A stretch of DNA of 63,925 nt, the filler included, from Octopus bimaculoides (Eukaryota): the NCBI RefSeq assembly GCF_001194135.2. It is 12 parts of 12 records of this genome, joined end to end, with 100 filler letters (N's around TTAATTAATTAA, not from the genome) between each part and the next. Parts side by side here need not be neighbours in the genome. Positions count along the whole stretch, not along the records: positions 17,360 to 26,004 come from NC_068996.1; positions 26,105 to 29,676 come from NW_026390373.1; positions 29,777 to 45,529 come from NC_069009.1; 9 more parts are not named here. One strand, given 5' to 3'. Made by a program: the position numbers and the translations under genes. Below are positions 23,801 to 36,325 of this stretch, in pieces; position 1 is the stretch's first letter, and each line of letters begins with the position of its first letter. The notes below the pieces were generated by a model. The model was given only the letters and a program-made list of their open reading frames with translations. It searched no databases and was not told the DNA's origin.

Positions 23801-24425
23801 CCTTAATTTCTGCCACCCTCTGCCCCTTCTTTAATAGAATGCCTCCCCTCCCCTGTTCTTTTTGTTCCTTTCTCTCTTGCTTTCTTTTCTTCTCTTCATT
23901 TTAGCCTTTCTCTTCCATATCAGCACTTCTCTTCCCCTTTCCTCTTTATCTCTTTTCCACTTGCCTTACACCGATTCATATTGCTACTCTTCGTTTTCCC
24001 TCTCTGTACCGATGCTATTTCATCAGTGTTCTGCCTTGTTATAACCAGGAATGACCCCGACAAGAGTAGTACTTGACTTTTGGGTCACTCAGTTTTTCTC
24101 AATCGATCAATAGACCGATTGAGTAAACCTGTCAATAGCGAACTTATAATGAATACTGGAAACAGCTGTAAGTCAAATTTACTGCAGTGAAGAGAAATAT
24201 GTAACGTCCATTATTTATAACTTGTCTTGTATATATCACTTTGAGTAAAAACCAGTGTAACTGGAACTCAACCACGAATATCCAATAACAGAACAGCGGT
24301 GAACTATAACTTACGATCCTACCACAAGAATACGCGGAGTTCTTTACTAATCTTAACAATACTGTTAGCCTGATGTACTAACAAGGGCTTACAAAATATT
24401 CTCTCTCTTTATATATATATATATA

Positions 24426-24937
24426 GGATCTTTTTTAAAACGGGGGCCACATTTTTCATTAACGAAACACTTTGAAACTTGGAACACTGGTAGAATGTGT
24501 CATATAAAACATCTTTTTCTCTTAGTCTTCTTTAAAAAAAAAGAAATCCATAAATTATTCCATGTTAAAGTTGTCGTATTTCTGTAATTTCAACCAATCA
24601 CTGACGTCCATTCAGCCGATATACATTANNNNNNNNNNNNNNNNNNNNNNNNNNNNNNNNNNNNNNNNNNNNNNNNNNNNNNNNNNNNNNNNNNNNNNNN
24701 NNNNNNNNNNNNNNNNNNNNNNNNNNNNNNNNNNNNNNNNNNNNNNNNNNNNNNNNNNGATTGGTTGAAATTATCGAAATAAGACAATTTTTTACATGAA
24801 ATAAATTCGAATACAAAAATATTTTTCTGTTCTATAACACAAAATAGATAAGTATACGAAGTTTGAAAGTCTTTCGGTACCAAAAGCACTACGTAAAACA
24901 TTAATGAAAAATGTGGCCCCCGTTTTAAAAAAGATCC
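24426..24937. mobile_element. MITE with perfect long TIRs, inserted in a TA run
   Basis: TATAGGATCTTTTTTAAAACGGGGGCCACATTTTTCATTAA (24422-24462) and its exact reverse complement (24901-24941); inner inverted motif AATTTCAACCAATC / GATTGGTTGAAATT; N gap inside. Confidence 0.9.
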
Positions 24938-25288
24938 TATACATATATATATACAATCTTAGCCACGGATAAAGCACATATCTATTGACTGACAAGGGAG
25001 ACAACCTCCCTACAGCAAGACAACAAGCGAGAGCGTTAGATCATGGAGGATTTCAGATGTTTTCCATTTTTTATTCCGTTGTTCGTGTATTTAACTCGTT
25101 TGTTTTCGTATTTCATGTTGTTTACACAGTTGGTAACGTCCTGTACTCACATATGCATATATATACATAGATATTTTATTTATATTATATATATATATAA
25201 TATAGATATTGTGTATATATACATATATATGTGTGTGTGTGTGTGTATAGACAGACAGATAAGATAGATGAATGGATAGGTAGGTAGG

Positions 25289-25334
<46 letters not shown>

Positions 25335-25493
25335 TGTGTGAGTGTGAGTGTGTGTGTGAGAGAGCGCGCGTGTGCGCGTGGGAGGTGAACGCAAATGCGG
25401 GGACAAAAGGTAGTAGTTAAATACAAACGAACGAACGAACCAACCAACCAACGACACATATCAAAATGTACAAGACAATTAAAGAGAAAACAC

Positions 25494-25526
<33 letters not shown>

Positions 25527-26104
25527 TGAAATGCAATAAAATAAGAGAAAACAAAACAAATAGTAATGATAACAACAACGATAACTACGACAACCATAAT
25601 AACAACAGCAACAACAACAACAAACTGTCCAAATAAGAGAGAAAGAAATAAGCAGACAGAGTGGAGACATAGCAAATACGATTGCCTCACCTTCTCTAAA
25701 ATGGTCTAAGCCGTAGTTTCCCACGCTCTCCGTGGCAGGCTTAACTCACAGTTATCAGGGATCTAGACGGGCTTTATCGTCTACGATGCTGAACCCTTTG
25801 GAACCCGTGTGTGTGTGTGTGTGTGCGGATATATGCGTGTGTGTGAGTGTGTGTGCGTGAGTGTGTGTGTGTGTGCGGATATATATGTGTGTGGGTGTGC
25901 GTGAGTGTGTGTGTGTGTGTGTGTGTTAGTACGCGCGTGAGTGAGTGCATATGTGTGTGTGTGTCTGTGTGTGCCCACGCATGTGTGTGTACGTGCTTCT
26001 GTGTNNNNNNNNNNNNNNNNNNNNNNNNNNNNNNNNNNNNNNNNNNNNTTAATTAATTAANNNNNNNNNNNNNNNNNNNNNNNNNNNNNNNNNNNNNNNN
26101 NNNN

Positions 26105-27515
26105 GGTATTCCTTGACAAAAGAATATAGAATGCCTCTGTTATACAGAGAAGACATTTTTTATTATTGACTTTGTAAGCTGGTGCAGAAACAATTATATC
26201 CCATATTGTTATCTTTCAGTTCCCAAATAAATTTACTTACTCCAATAGAATCAGACTTCTGTCTATTCCTAAAAGTATGTCAGTGATTCGTGACATGTTT
26301 CTTAATTGTATTCTCTGTTGAAGCAATATAAGTATGTTTTTTTACCTTGAGTTATAACTGTATATTGATATATTACATTATTTTCTTTTACATGAATTCT
26401 TATAAAAACAATTATTTGTAACCCTACAATCACAATTATCATAAGGATTATTATGTGCTTTTTTGTTAGATGAGAAAATATTGTTAGTAGTTTTAGTATT
26501 AGTTTTTAAGTTTCTATTATTGAGAATTATATAGGTACAATTACTAGTGTTATTATAATTAGTGAGGGGTGTTTTACATTTAGGGAGATTAATATGGTTA
26601 TTATTATGGGTGTTTCTATTTAAGTAGAATTTATCTAATTTCCTATTATATGTGGATGATATAATAGTAAATAAGTTAGGGGTTAGGCTAAATCCAATAT
26701 TAATAGTTTTATTATTAATTATTTCATTATATCTATTGTTAATGTTAAAATGTTTATAGATAGTCTTGAATATTGATTTAACTATATTATTTTAAATTTG
26801 CATATCATATGAAATAATGACCCATATTTTATTAGATTTGTCAGTGTTATTATTATTTATAGGTGTATTGTAATATATTTTAGATTTTTTAATATTTAAT
26901 TGAATTAGTGTGTACACTATTTTTATTAAATATGTAATTATCTTTGTAGCAGTCCTTGCAATCATAAATTGTTTTTTTTATTATTTATTCTGGGTTTACT
27001 AGTTGATGTAGCATTTGTTTTTTATTCTTATGTTTAGTAATATTAATTTTATTTAAAGTGATCTTATGTTTATTATCATTATCCATTCCATGTTTATATA
27101 TATTATGGTTACTAGTTCTGTGTTTATTGTTTATGGGATTATAAATTTTATCAGTTTTATGTTATTATTACTAATGCTACAATTTTGGCAGTATTTTATT
27201 TTATTTTTATATCCTGTATCAAATAATGCTATATTATAGTAGTGCGCATGATTATTAAACATGTCTTCATTGGAAGATAGATATGTTAGTCTTTTACTAA
27301 TATTAGAGATTAGTACATTTTTATCCATCTAGGGTGATTGCTTTGGAAATTCATGTGGCTTAAGTTTGAATTAGGTTTTCTAAATGGTTCATGTAAACCA
27401 GTTGATAGATTCAATTTAGCATCCAAGAAATTAATTGAATTATTGTCTCTCTCAATAGTAATAGTATCTTTCAAAGAACTTGTAGAATCCTTTTTTAATT
27501 AATTCCAATTGTCTA
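26105..27515 (-). mobile_element. Degraded Penelope-like element: RT C-terminus, linker and GIY-YIG endonuclease
   Basis: Minus strand: ISKRLTYLSSNEDMFN (ORF 27131-27328); IGFSLTPNLFTIISS; CKENNVIYQ..YIAST..FIWELKDNN..CLLCITEAFYIL. Homologous to ORF 58859-59662. Confidence 0.8.
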
Positions 27516-27530
27516 TTTTTAATTAATTCC

Positions 27531-28060
27531 AGTGGGTGCTGCAGACTCTGCCCAAATGATGGATCTTGCTGGTATTTACCTTCTATCAAACATGCATGAA
27601 GAATTCCCTGAAATCTGGGGCAGATTGTACAGGGACGACACTCTTTTCATAGATAAAAATTCCTCTAATAGATGATTGGAATTAATTAAAAAAGGATTCT
27701 ACAAGTTCTTTGAAAGATACTATTACTATTGAGAGAGACAATAATTCAATTAATTTCTTGGATGCTAAATTGAATCTATCAACTGGTTTACATGAACCAT
27801 TTAGAAAACCTAATTCAAACTTAAGCCACATCAATTTCCAAAGCAATCACCCTAGATAGATAAAAATGTACTAATCTCTAATATTAGTAAAAGACTAACA
27901 TATCTATCTTCCAATGAAGACATGTTTAATAAACATGCGCACTACTATAATATAGCATTATTTAACGTTGGATATAAAAATGCAATAAAATACTGCCAAC
28001 ATTGTAGCATTAATAATAATAACGAAACAAATTACAAGCAAAAAATAAAACTGATAAAAA
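27531..28060 (+). mobile_element. Inverted Penelope-like RT segment (catalytic YRDD region)
   Basis: GAADSAQMMDLAGIYLL..GRLYRDDTLF..INFLDAKLNLSTG..PFRKPNS..SNHP; about 27665-28040 is the reverse complement of about 27130-27515. Confidence 0.82.
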
Positions 28061-28498
28061 GTATATCAATTTATTTCACTTAACTACATTTAATTAATAA
28101 CCATATTAATAAATTATTAATAGCAAAAGAATGAATGATATTTATTTATTTATTTCTATTTTTATTTTTATTTATTCAGGCATCTCTCTATTTTATTGTT
28201 TATTTATACATATATATATTTTTTTATCCACATATATTACTCTTTTACCATTTCATTTTAATATAATTATATGTGTGTATTGGAAGGTGGTTTTATACTT
28301 GTAAACGTGTGTATAGCTATTGCCAGTGTAGACTTAATTTGCACATTTATGCATGCCAGCGTATTGAAATATGCTGAGATCTATGAGCAGTTAGACTTTA
28401 ATATGTGAATACTTTATGTGTATTATAATTTCCACATTTTGATATATATGGATGTAAATGAAGGTATATATATAAATTTATATGTATTTAATAAATTA

Positions 28499-28555
<57 letters not shown>

Positions 28556-28690
28556 GTATGTATCTCTCTCTCTATATATATATATATATGTTTATGAGTC
28601 TATGTAAATGTATATACAGATATAGTATGTGTGCATTTTTGATAAGCATGTGTAATTATATATGGATGTTTTAGTGCGGATGTATGTGTA

Positions 28691-28765
<75 letters not shown>

Positions 28766-31146
28766 ATATATGTAAACACACTTGTCTAAACATATTTAAT
28801 AGTACTATAATTTTTTTCAATTGCTTTAGTAACATTAATCATTTTACTTTTAACTACATTGATAAGAAAAATCTTTTATAGTTATTACTTATTTATTATT
28901 CAATTCCTTTATTTATTTTGTTCTTGATATTCCAATCTATGCTAAGTTATAACTACATAAATATGTAAACATATATATATATATATATAAATACTTACTT
29001 TAGTATTTCTTAAGTATTTAAATGTAACATAGTAATTATTTAATAATTACCTCCCATTATACATTAGCTAGACTTATTATTGATGTTACAAGCAACCTTA
29101 TTTTTTAAGTAATTTCATTTATGATGATATAAGCACCCATTCCTTTAGAAATAAGACATCTTAGGTTTTCTGTTAAATCAATTTAAATTTAATAATATAG
29201 GAATGAGACCTATTAATATTTACACCTCATTAACCAATCAAATAATTTTGATTTTATGTGATCCATAACAATATTGTTCTTTAAGGGTGAGTGTATTATA
29301 TTTTGAGTGAGTATGTATATATTATTCACATGTATGTACTTATTCGCTTATCTGTACACGGCAATAAGAAAATGGAGGGGACCAAGAGGTGGTACTCATC
29401 AACTTTTATATTATGTCTATTTATTTATTTAAAGAAAAAAAACAATTATAACAATATACACACATGCATAACAGATTATGCTTTACATATATAAAAATAC
29501 CAGTAAATATTAAAATATATAATGTAGAACATAGAAAGTAGAATAGTTTCTTACAGCTGTTTCAGCCAAGCGGTCATAGCACCCTACTTTACTTCTATCC
29601 ATTCATTGAACTGAAGTATTTGATAAATAAAATTAAGGTACTTGGGTGTGCCTCTGGGCTTCGTCAGAGAGTTTAGNNNNNNNNNNNNNNNNNNNNNNNN
29701 NNNNNNNNNNNNNNNNNNNNTTAATTAATTAANNNNNNNNNNNNNNNNNNNNNNNNNNNNNNNNNNNNNNNNNNNNAAAAAAAAAAAAAAAAAAAAAATT
29801 ACCATAAACAAACAAAACAAAACAAAACAAAGAAACTGGATACTCCACTCGAACTCAAACTCCAGCTCCAACTCCAACCTCTGAAATGTCATATTCTAGT
29901 CTTTATTACCATTTAAATAAAACTACACTCAACTATATAAAAAAAAAAAAGAAAAAGAATAATGAAAGTAAAACAAAATAAATAAAATAAAATAATAAAA
30001 AATAAAACTGAAAATGTCGCTGTTGACTCCAAGGAACTGTAAACGCCAAGTGGAGATAACTCTCCGACTGAACTCGGCTTGAACTTGAACTCGAACTTTG
30101 ATAAAGTCACCCACATTAGTCGAGACCTCATGTCGAAACACTCCCATCAAAACTGTAAGCTTGATGTTTCGATGACTTTTAGTACCGACAGATACGAGAG
30201 ATGGACTTGAATTGTACTGGGTGATTGGTAATCCTGACCAACCCTGGCTCTCTCGGAATCTGCAGTGGTCGTACTTACTCTAGATTGTCACTCTCTCTCT
30301 TTCTCTTTCTATCTATCTCTCTCTCTCTCAATCTGATATCTTTAATAAAGTCATCATGAACAACAACAATTACTGCTACTACTATTATTACTGCTACTAC
30401 TACTACTACTACTACTACTACTTTTGCTACAGTAATTAAAATGCGAGCAAGTTGTTTGTATAGAAACGTAGAGATTTGTGAGAATGAAGTGTTGTGTTGT
30501 AGAAAAAAAAGCAGCAAAAATGATATGTGAAAGGGATGACAAAATGAAAAAAGAGAAAAAGACAGGATGGGAGAAGAAAGAAATGACCAATGGGGGTTGT
30601 AGGGGATGGAGACGAGGGAGATGTGGGGGTGGTGGTGGACTGTACAGAGTACTACTGTTCATTACAACCAAACACTTTATCTGTAGCTGTCACATTACCT
30701 TCGGGGTGGGGGGGGGNNNNNNNNNNNNNNNNNNNNNNNNNNNNNNNNNNNNNNNNNNNNNNNNNNNNNNNNNNNNNNNNNNNNNNNNNNNNNNNNNNNN
30801 NNNNNNNNNNNNNNNNNNNNNNNNNNNNNNNNNNNNNNNNNNNNNNNNNNNNNNNNNNNNNCCCCTTCCTCAGCATGTACGTTAATATTTCTGTGAAATT
30901 AATTATAAAATTTCTTATCTCTTCCCCTTCCTGTCTTTTTTTTTTTTCGTTTTAAATGCTTGGGAGTCGTTTAAATGCTGCTAGATCAAGTTTTCTGTGT
31001 TTTTTTTTTTTTTTTTTAAATTTTTAATTGTTTTTTTCCTCTCTCCCTAACTTAAAGGCAAAGTCAACTTTGAAGGTATTTATGTATTTTTTTTTAGTTT
31101 TGTCTTTTTTTTTGCATTCATCATTTTGTACACCAGTAGCTACTGT

Positions 31147-31350
31147 GAAGGCACGTGGCCTAGTGCGTAGGGATGTAGCACTACGATGGCAGTTCATTGA
31201 GTTCTTGAGCAAAGCACTTCATTTCGCATTATTGTTCTGCGATCATTTTAACATCAGACATACATTGTGCACCGGTTTGGGCAACGTCGATTTGATGGAA
31301 AGAAGTGAAGTAATGTATAGCACAAGCATTTGATCACTATAAACAAATTT
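31147..31350 (+). mobile_element. Degraded tRNA-headed SINE (another family)
   Basis: GGCACGTGGCCTAGTG head, TTGAGCAAAGCACTTCATTTC body; similar head at about 54940-55150. Confidence 0.55.
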
Positions 31351-32287
31351 ATCTTTATAGGTTATTTAGCAACAACTTGTGGAATCCTCATGTCATTTAC
31401 TACTGGTGAAGCTTGATCAGACATGTATAAACCCCCCTCCTAACCATGCTATCCATCTCGGCCCTTCAGAGCGGAATTGTGTGTCTCTGGTGACAGCAGA
31501 AAACGCTTCTTGTTTGACCGCACGACAAGCGACGCAGGATGAGTTTCTGAGGTTAACGCGGGTCATGGAATGTATTTTGATTGCTTAATTTCTCGCCTTT
31601 GGTCGCAGGTCCTTTCGACGAAATAACTACTACTACTACTACTGCTGCTACAATTTGTGTGAAATGGTGGCTGTATGATGTCCCCCCTCCCTATTCTGTG
31701 GTGGTTGTCATACATGGACTTTCGGTGGCAGTGTTGAAGATAACTATGAAAAAAATTTTTCCCTTACTCCCTCCACCATTTAAAACAAAGCTTTCCTCCC
31801 CCCATCACCTCCAGCACTGCCTGTATTACTCCTGATAGTTTTGTAGGAGGTCATGTTTAGGCAGGCAGGTCGAACTTTTGAAGAAGGAAAACTAAAAAAA
31901 TAAAAAATGAAACAATTTGCAAAAAAAATTAAGATAAAAACCTACCACTGTATCTATCTATCTATCTCCTCACCCCACTTCCTTCCAACGGTGTGCAGGG
32001 GTAGTGGTGGTGACGACAATAAGAAGCATTTCTGTTTTCCAACCTCCTTTCTGCCACATGCACAGGTTCAGAGACAACATACATTGCCATCTCTGAAGAG
32101 CACAGGGTTACATAATTGGGCTGTTATCTAACACCCCATTGAACCTCCTTGTGAGAAACTGGTGAGATTGGCTGTGATGGATATATAATTCTATACACTT
32201 CGATTAATATATAAAATAAATCGTGCAACACACACAACAGACTACCAGGGAGCCAATATGCAGCAGACAAAATATATATATATATAT

Positions 32288-32654
32288 GCACAGGAGTGGC
32301 TGTGTGGTAAGTAGCTTGCTTACCAACCACATGGTTTCAGGTTCAGTCCCACTGCGTGACATCTTGGGCAAGTGTCTTCTACTATAGCCTCGGGACAACC
32401 AAACCCTTGTGAGTGGGTTTGGTAGACGGAAACTGAAAGAAGCCCGTCATATATATATGTGTGTCTGTGTTTGTCCCCCTCGCATTGCTTCACAACTGTT
32501 GCTGGTGTTTACGTCCCCGTCACCTAGCAGTTCGGCAAACGAGACCGATAGAATAAGTACTATGCTTACAAAGAATAAGTCCTGGGGTCGATTTGCTCGA
32601 CTAAAGGCAATGCTCCAGCATGGCCGCAGTCAAATGACTGAAACAAGTAAAGAG
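32288..32654 (+). mobile_element. tRNA-derived SINE family A, full length
   Basis: Head GGAGTGGCTGTGTGGTAAG..GGTTCAGTCCC, internal (TA/TG)n, tail GCATGGCCGCAGTCAAATGACTGAAACAAGTAAA. Further pieces at 34065-34235 (-), 36370-36412 (-), 42908-43069 (-), 43380-43780 (+), 43799-43950 (+), 54000-54185 (+), 54725-54875 (+), 62350-62515 (+). Confidence 0.9.
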
Positions 32655-32655
32655 C

Positions 32656-32695
<40 letters not shown>

Positions 32696-33094
32696 GGAGA
32701 GAGAGACACACACACACCACCTCATCATTTTTTTTGTAGTATTTTAAACAGTCCACCAAAAAATCTTTATTAGATCTTAAGTAAAAAAGACTTGAAAAGA
32801 TATAATAATAATAATAATGATGATGATAATAAATAATAATAAGGCAACCAACTATAACACAAAGTGATCGATCTCTTCCATCTTGTTGCACTTTTCTTTT
32901 TCTACAGTTGCACCTGCATCGCTCTTGCTACAGACGTTTTATTTGTTTTTTTTTCTTCTTTGTGTTGTTCTTAATGCACAACTGACTTTTCTTTATTTGG
33001 TTGCCATGTTGTTGTTAAGGGAAAAAATTGCTTCGTAGCATTTTTTTTTCCAGTTCTTGATGTTGTCCGAGTTGGAATTCCGATGTGGTCTACT

Positions 33095-33760
33095 TTACCA
33101 TTTATCCTTTTGGTGGCGTCGACCTCATCATATCGTTTAACATCTGCCATCCATGCTAGCAGCATGGGTGGGACGGATTCAGGAGAGCCAGTCAGACAGA
33201 GGCCTGCACCAGGCTTCTGTGACTGTCTTGGCAGAATTTTTACAGCTGGATACCCTTCTAGGTGGACTTTTTTCATGGCACAAGCACAGACGGTTTGAGG
33301 TGAGTAGTGCTTTTTACATGACACAAGCACAAGCAAGGTCAGTTTTGGCAGAATTTTTACAGCTGGATACTCTTCTAGGTGGGCTTAGTGCTTTTTCATG
33401 GCGCAAGCAAGGGCAGTTTTGGCAGAATTTTTACAGCTGGATACCCTTCTAGGTGGACTTAGTGCTTTTTACATGGCACAAGTACGGGCAAGGTCAGTTT
33501 TGGCAGAAATTTTACAGCTAGATGTCCTTTCCAAGCACCAACCCTCTGAGACACAAGTCCACGCAAGGTTGTTTACGGAAGACCAGCAGTGACCCCTGCA
33601 TACCAGTGTCCCCTTTCCACACCATTATATGTACATAGAGTAATGGGTAAAGACCCCCTTTTGGTCATGAATGACGATGGGATTGCACCTAGAAGGATCC
33701 CCTCTGAGGATCCTTCTAGTCCAGGCAAGGTTGTTTACGGAAGACCAGTAGTGACCCTGT
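33095..33760 (-). mobile_element. Rearranged SINE with an RTE-like 3' tail and an internal minisatellite
   Basis: CATGCTAGCATGGGT..CAGAATTTTTACAGCTGGATAC family; simpler copies with CATCATCGTTTAAC ends at about 37196-37282, 45340-45503 and 58397-58548. Confidence 0.7.
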
Positions 33761-34664
33761 AAAAAAAAAAAAGTAAATATTTACAGACAAGGGAGATTTG
33801 GCTGTTGTTTCTAGCACATCCCATGACCACCTTCCTCGTTTCTTTCTAACTCAGACAAGTATTGATGTCTTTCAATATTTTCTCCAGTTTAATACCAAAA
33901 ACTCTATGCTATAAAAAAGAATTTATTTTTTGATAATTTATGATTTTCATCGGCCCTAAACTTTACTGGTCAAGGGACATGCTAGAAACAACAGCCAAAA
34001 TCTCCTTTTAATCACACACCTTTTCGTCTAAAAATATTTCCCTTGTCTCTTTTAATCTTTTACACTTTTACTTGTTTCAGTCATTTGACTGCGGCCATGC
34101 TGTAGCACCGCCTTCATTCGAGCAAATCGACCCCAGGACTTATTCTTTGTAAGCCTAGTACTTATTCTATCGTTCTCTTTTGCCGAACCACTAAGTTACG
34201 GAGACGTAAACACACCAGCATCGGTTGTCAAGCAACGAGGGTTCCAGTTGATAGTATCAATGGAACGGCCTGCTCGTTAAATGAACGTGCAAGTGGCTGA
34301 GCGCTCCACAGACGCACGTACCCTTAACGTAGTTCTCGGGGGAGATTCAACATGACACAATGTAACAAGGCTGGCCCTTTGAAATACAGGTACTACTCAC
34401 GTTTGCCAGCTAAAGAACAACGTGAAATAGTGTCCTTACAATCGTCAGTCAAATACCCTAACCACTAAACCACGTGCCTTCACATACCTGCATAACTTTT
34501 ACTTTGTACCAGCAGACAAGGGTTTTCGTAAAACGTTCGGATGCAAGTAAACCGGATGGAGTGGAAAGCGATGCGGTTAAAAGTACCTTTGGAGAGGTTG
34601 GATATTGAAAATTTGGAGAAATGAATTGGCGGAGGAGGGTGTAAGAATCTTGAGGAAATAATCT

Positions 34665-35352
34665 GGTTAAAATTTGGAAGAAATTTAACAAGAACCGTCC
34701 TGCCTCAAACAAAGAATTAAACGGGGTGCTGCGGAATAATATTTCATTTTTTTAATATTTGTCTCTTTTAGACGTTACGGAGTAGTTTAAAGAAAATTCG
34801 GCTGCTTTTTCTAGCTGGTCGAAAGACCATGTAAAAGGGTTATGCCAGCTGATTTTAGCAGTCCCGTTTTATCGGAAATAAGGGTTTACTATTGGCTAAA
34901 ATTCCATTACTAAATACTCGTAATCACTTTATTATTAATTTGTAGAAAGAAATAATAGCTATTTTGGTCGTCATCATTTCAAATCTTCATAAGAACTAAA
35001 TTTCTTGAAAATAATCAGGAAATTATTTTCAAGTTGTTGGAAGAAATTTAACAAGATCCGTCCTGCTTTATACAAAGAATTAAACGGGTTGCTGCCGAAT
35101 AATATTTCATTTTTTTTTTTATTTGTCTCTTTTAGACGTTACAGAGTAGTTTAAAGAAAATTCGGCTGCTTTTTCTAGCAGGTCGAAAGACCATGCAAAA
35201 GGGTTCTGCCAGCTGATTTTAGCAGTCCCGTTTTATCGGAAATGAGGCTTTTCTATTGGCTAAAATTCCATTACGAATTGTTCGTAATCACTTTATTATT
35301 AACTTCTAAAATAATCAGGAAATTATTTTCAAGTTGTCGGAAGAAATTTAAC
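34665..35352 (+). repeat. Tandem duplication (about 363 and 300 bp spacing) immediately upstream of the candidate ZNF promoter
   Basis: GGAAGAAATTTAAC at 34676, 35039 and 35339; the intervening sequences align, and each copy contains CTATTGGCTAAAATTCCATTAC. Confidence 0.9.
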
Positions 35353-35357
35353 CGGAT

Positions 35358-35384
35358 CCGGAAGTGATATGTAAACGATGGCGG
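35358..35384 (+). promoter_or_regulatory. Candidate core promoter / TSS of the ZNF gene (ETS site + YY1-like site, with inverted CCAAT upstream)
   Basis: CCGGAAGTG at 35358-35366, AAACGATGGCGG at 35373-35384, ATTGG near 35256. This combination is typical of TATA-less housekeeping promoters. No transcript evidence. Confidence 0.55.
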
Positions 35385-36051
35385 AGAAATGGAGGGACAA
35401 GAGAATCGGAAAAGACGACGAGGTGTAAATAGGAAGTACAGGATCGCAGTGAATAAGAGCCGAGCTATACGGTTAGAGAGTTACATGATAGTTATCCCCC
35501 CTTGTATGTTATGTGTTTATATTTTTCTAGATTTCTAACGCGCCTGCTGTGAGTTTGCACCTGCTAATTGCTTTGATGACACCACACACACACACACACA
35601 CGACACGCACATATATACACGCATACACATATAAATACTTACACTAAATACTTAGCGATTAGGAACTCAAGTGAGCTCTGAAACAACACCCATCTCAGAG
35701 ACAAGTGTTTCGGACCCTAACTTAGACTCTAACGGGGCCCGGGCCGCATTCTGGCCATGACCCCTGGGTACCATTCTGCTGATAGCTTTCCGCCACTTGG
35801 ATATCGGAGACTTGGACATTTTAAAACCCTTGGAAACTTCATCCAGTTGTAATTCCTCACCGTTGACTCAGATTATACTGAAAGAAGAAATAACGTTGGT
35901 ATGTGTAAAAGAATGAAAGTATAGAAAATTATCGATTATCGATACAACTTCAGGGTAGAAATGAATATTACAGGAGCTTAAAATCACAAGAGACCAGTAC
36001 AAGATCGGTTGTAACTTAAGGTAAGTCCGTATTTTTGACAGTAAATGGTTG

Positions 36052-36325
36052 GTTTAAACGGTGGGGGCGCAATGGTTAGGGCAGCGGACTCGCGGTTTCG
36101 ATTCCCAGACCGGGTGTTTTGAGTGTTTATTGAGCGAAAACACCTAAAAAGCTCCATGAGGCTCCGGCAAGGGATGGTGGCGAACCCTGCTGTACTCTTC
36201 CACCACAACTTTCTCTCACTCTTTCTTCCTGTTTCTGTTGTGCCTGTAATTCAAAGGGTCAGCCTTGTCACACTCTGTGTCACTCTGAATATCCCCGAGA
36301 GCTACGTTAAGGGTACACGTGTCTG
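36052..36325 (+). mobile_element. tRNA-headed SINE family C
   Basis: GGTTAGGGCAGCGGACTC..GGTTTCGATTCCCAGACC head; tail CAAAGGGTCAGCCTTGTCACAC..CTACGTTAAGGGTACACGTGTCTG also occurs on the minus strand at about 34260-34410, 56610-56880 and 56990-57150. Confidence 0.75.

Noticed and set aside
27670-27680. In-frame TGA in a Penelope RT as possible selenocysteine
   Set aside because: The inverted copy has CAA at the matching position and the element has other lesions; the stop in the 58859 ORF is TAA.
32288-32360. tRNA gene (A and B boxes)
   Set aside because: No convincing cloverleaf; the sequence continues into a SINE body found many times in the window. The same applies to the other SINE heads.
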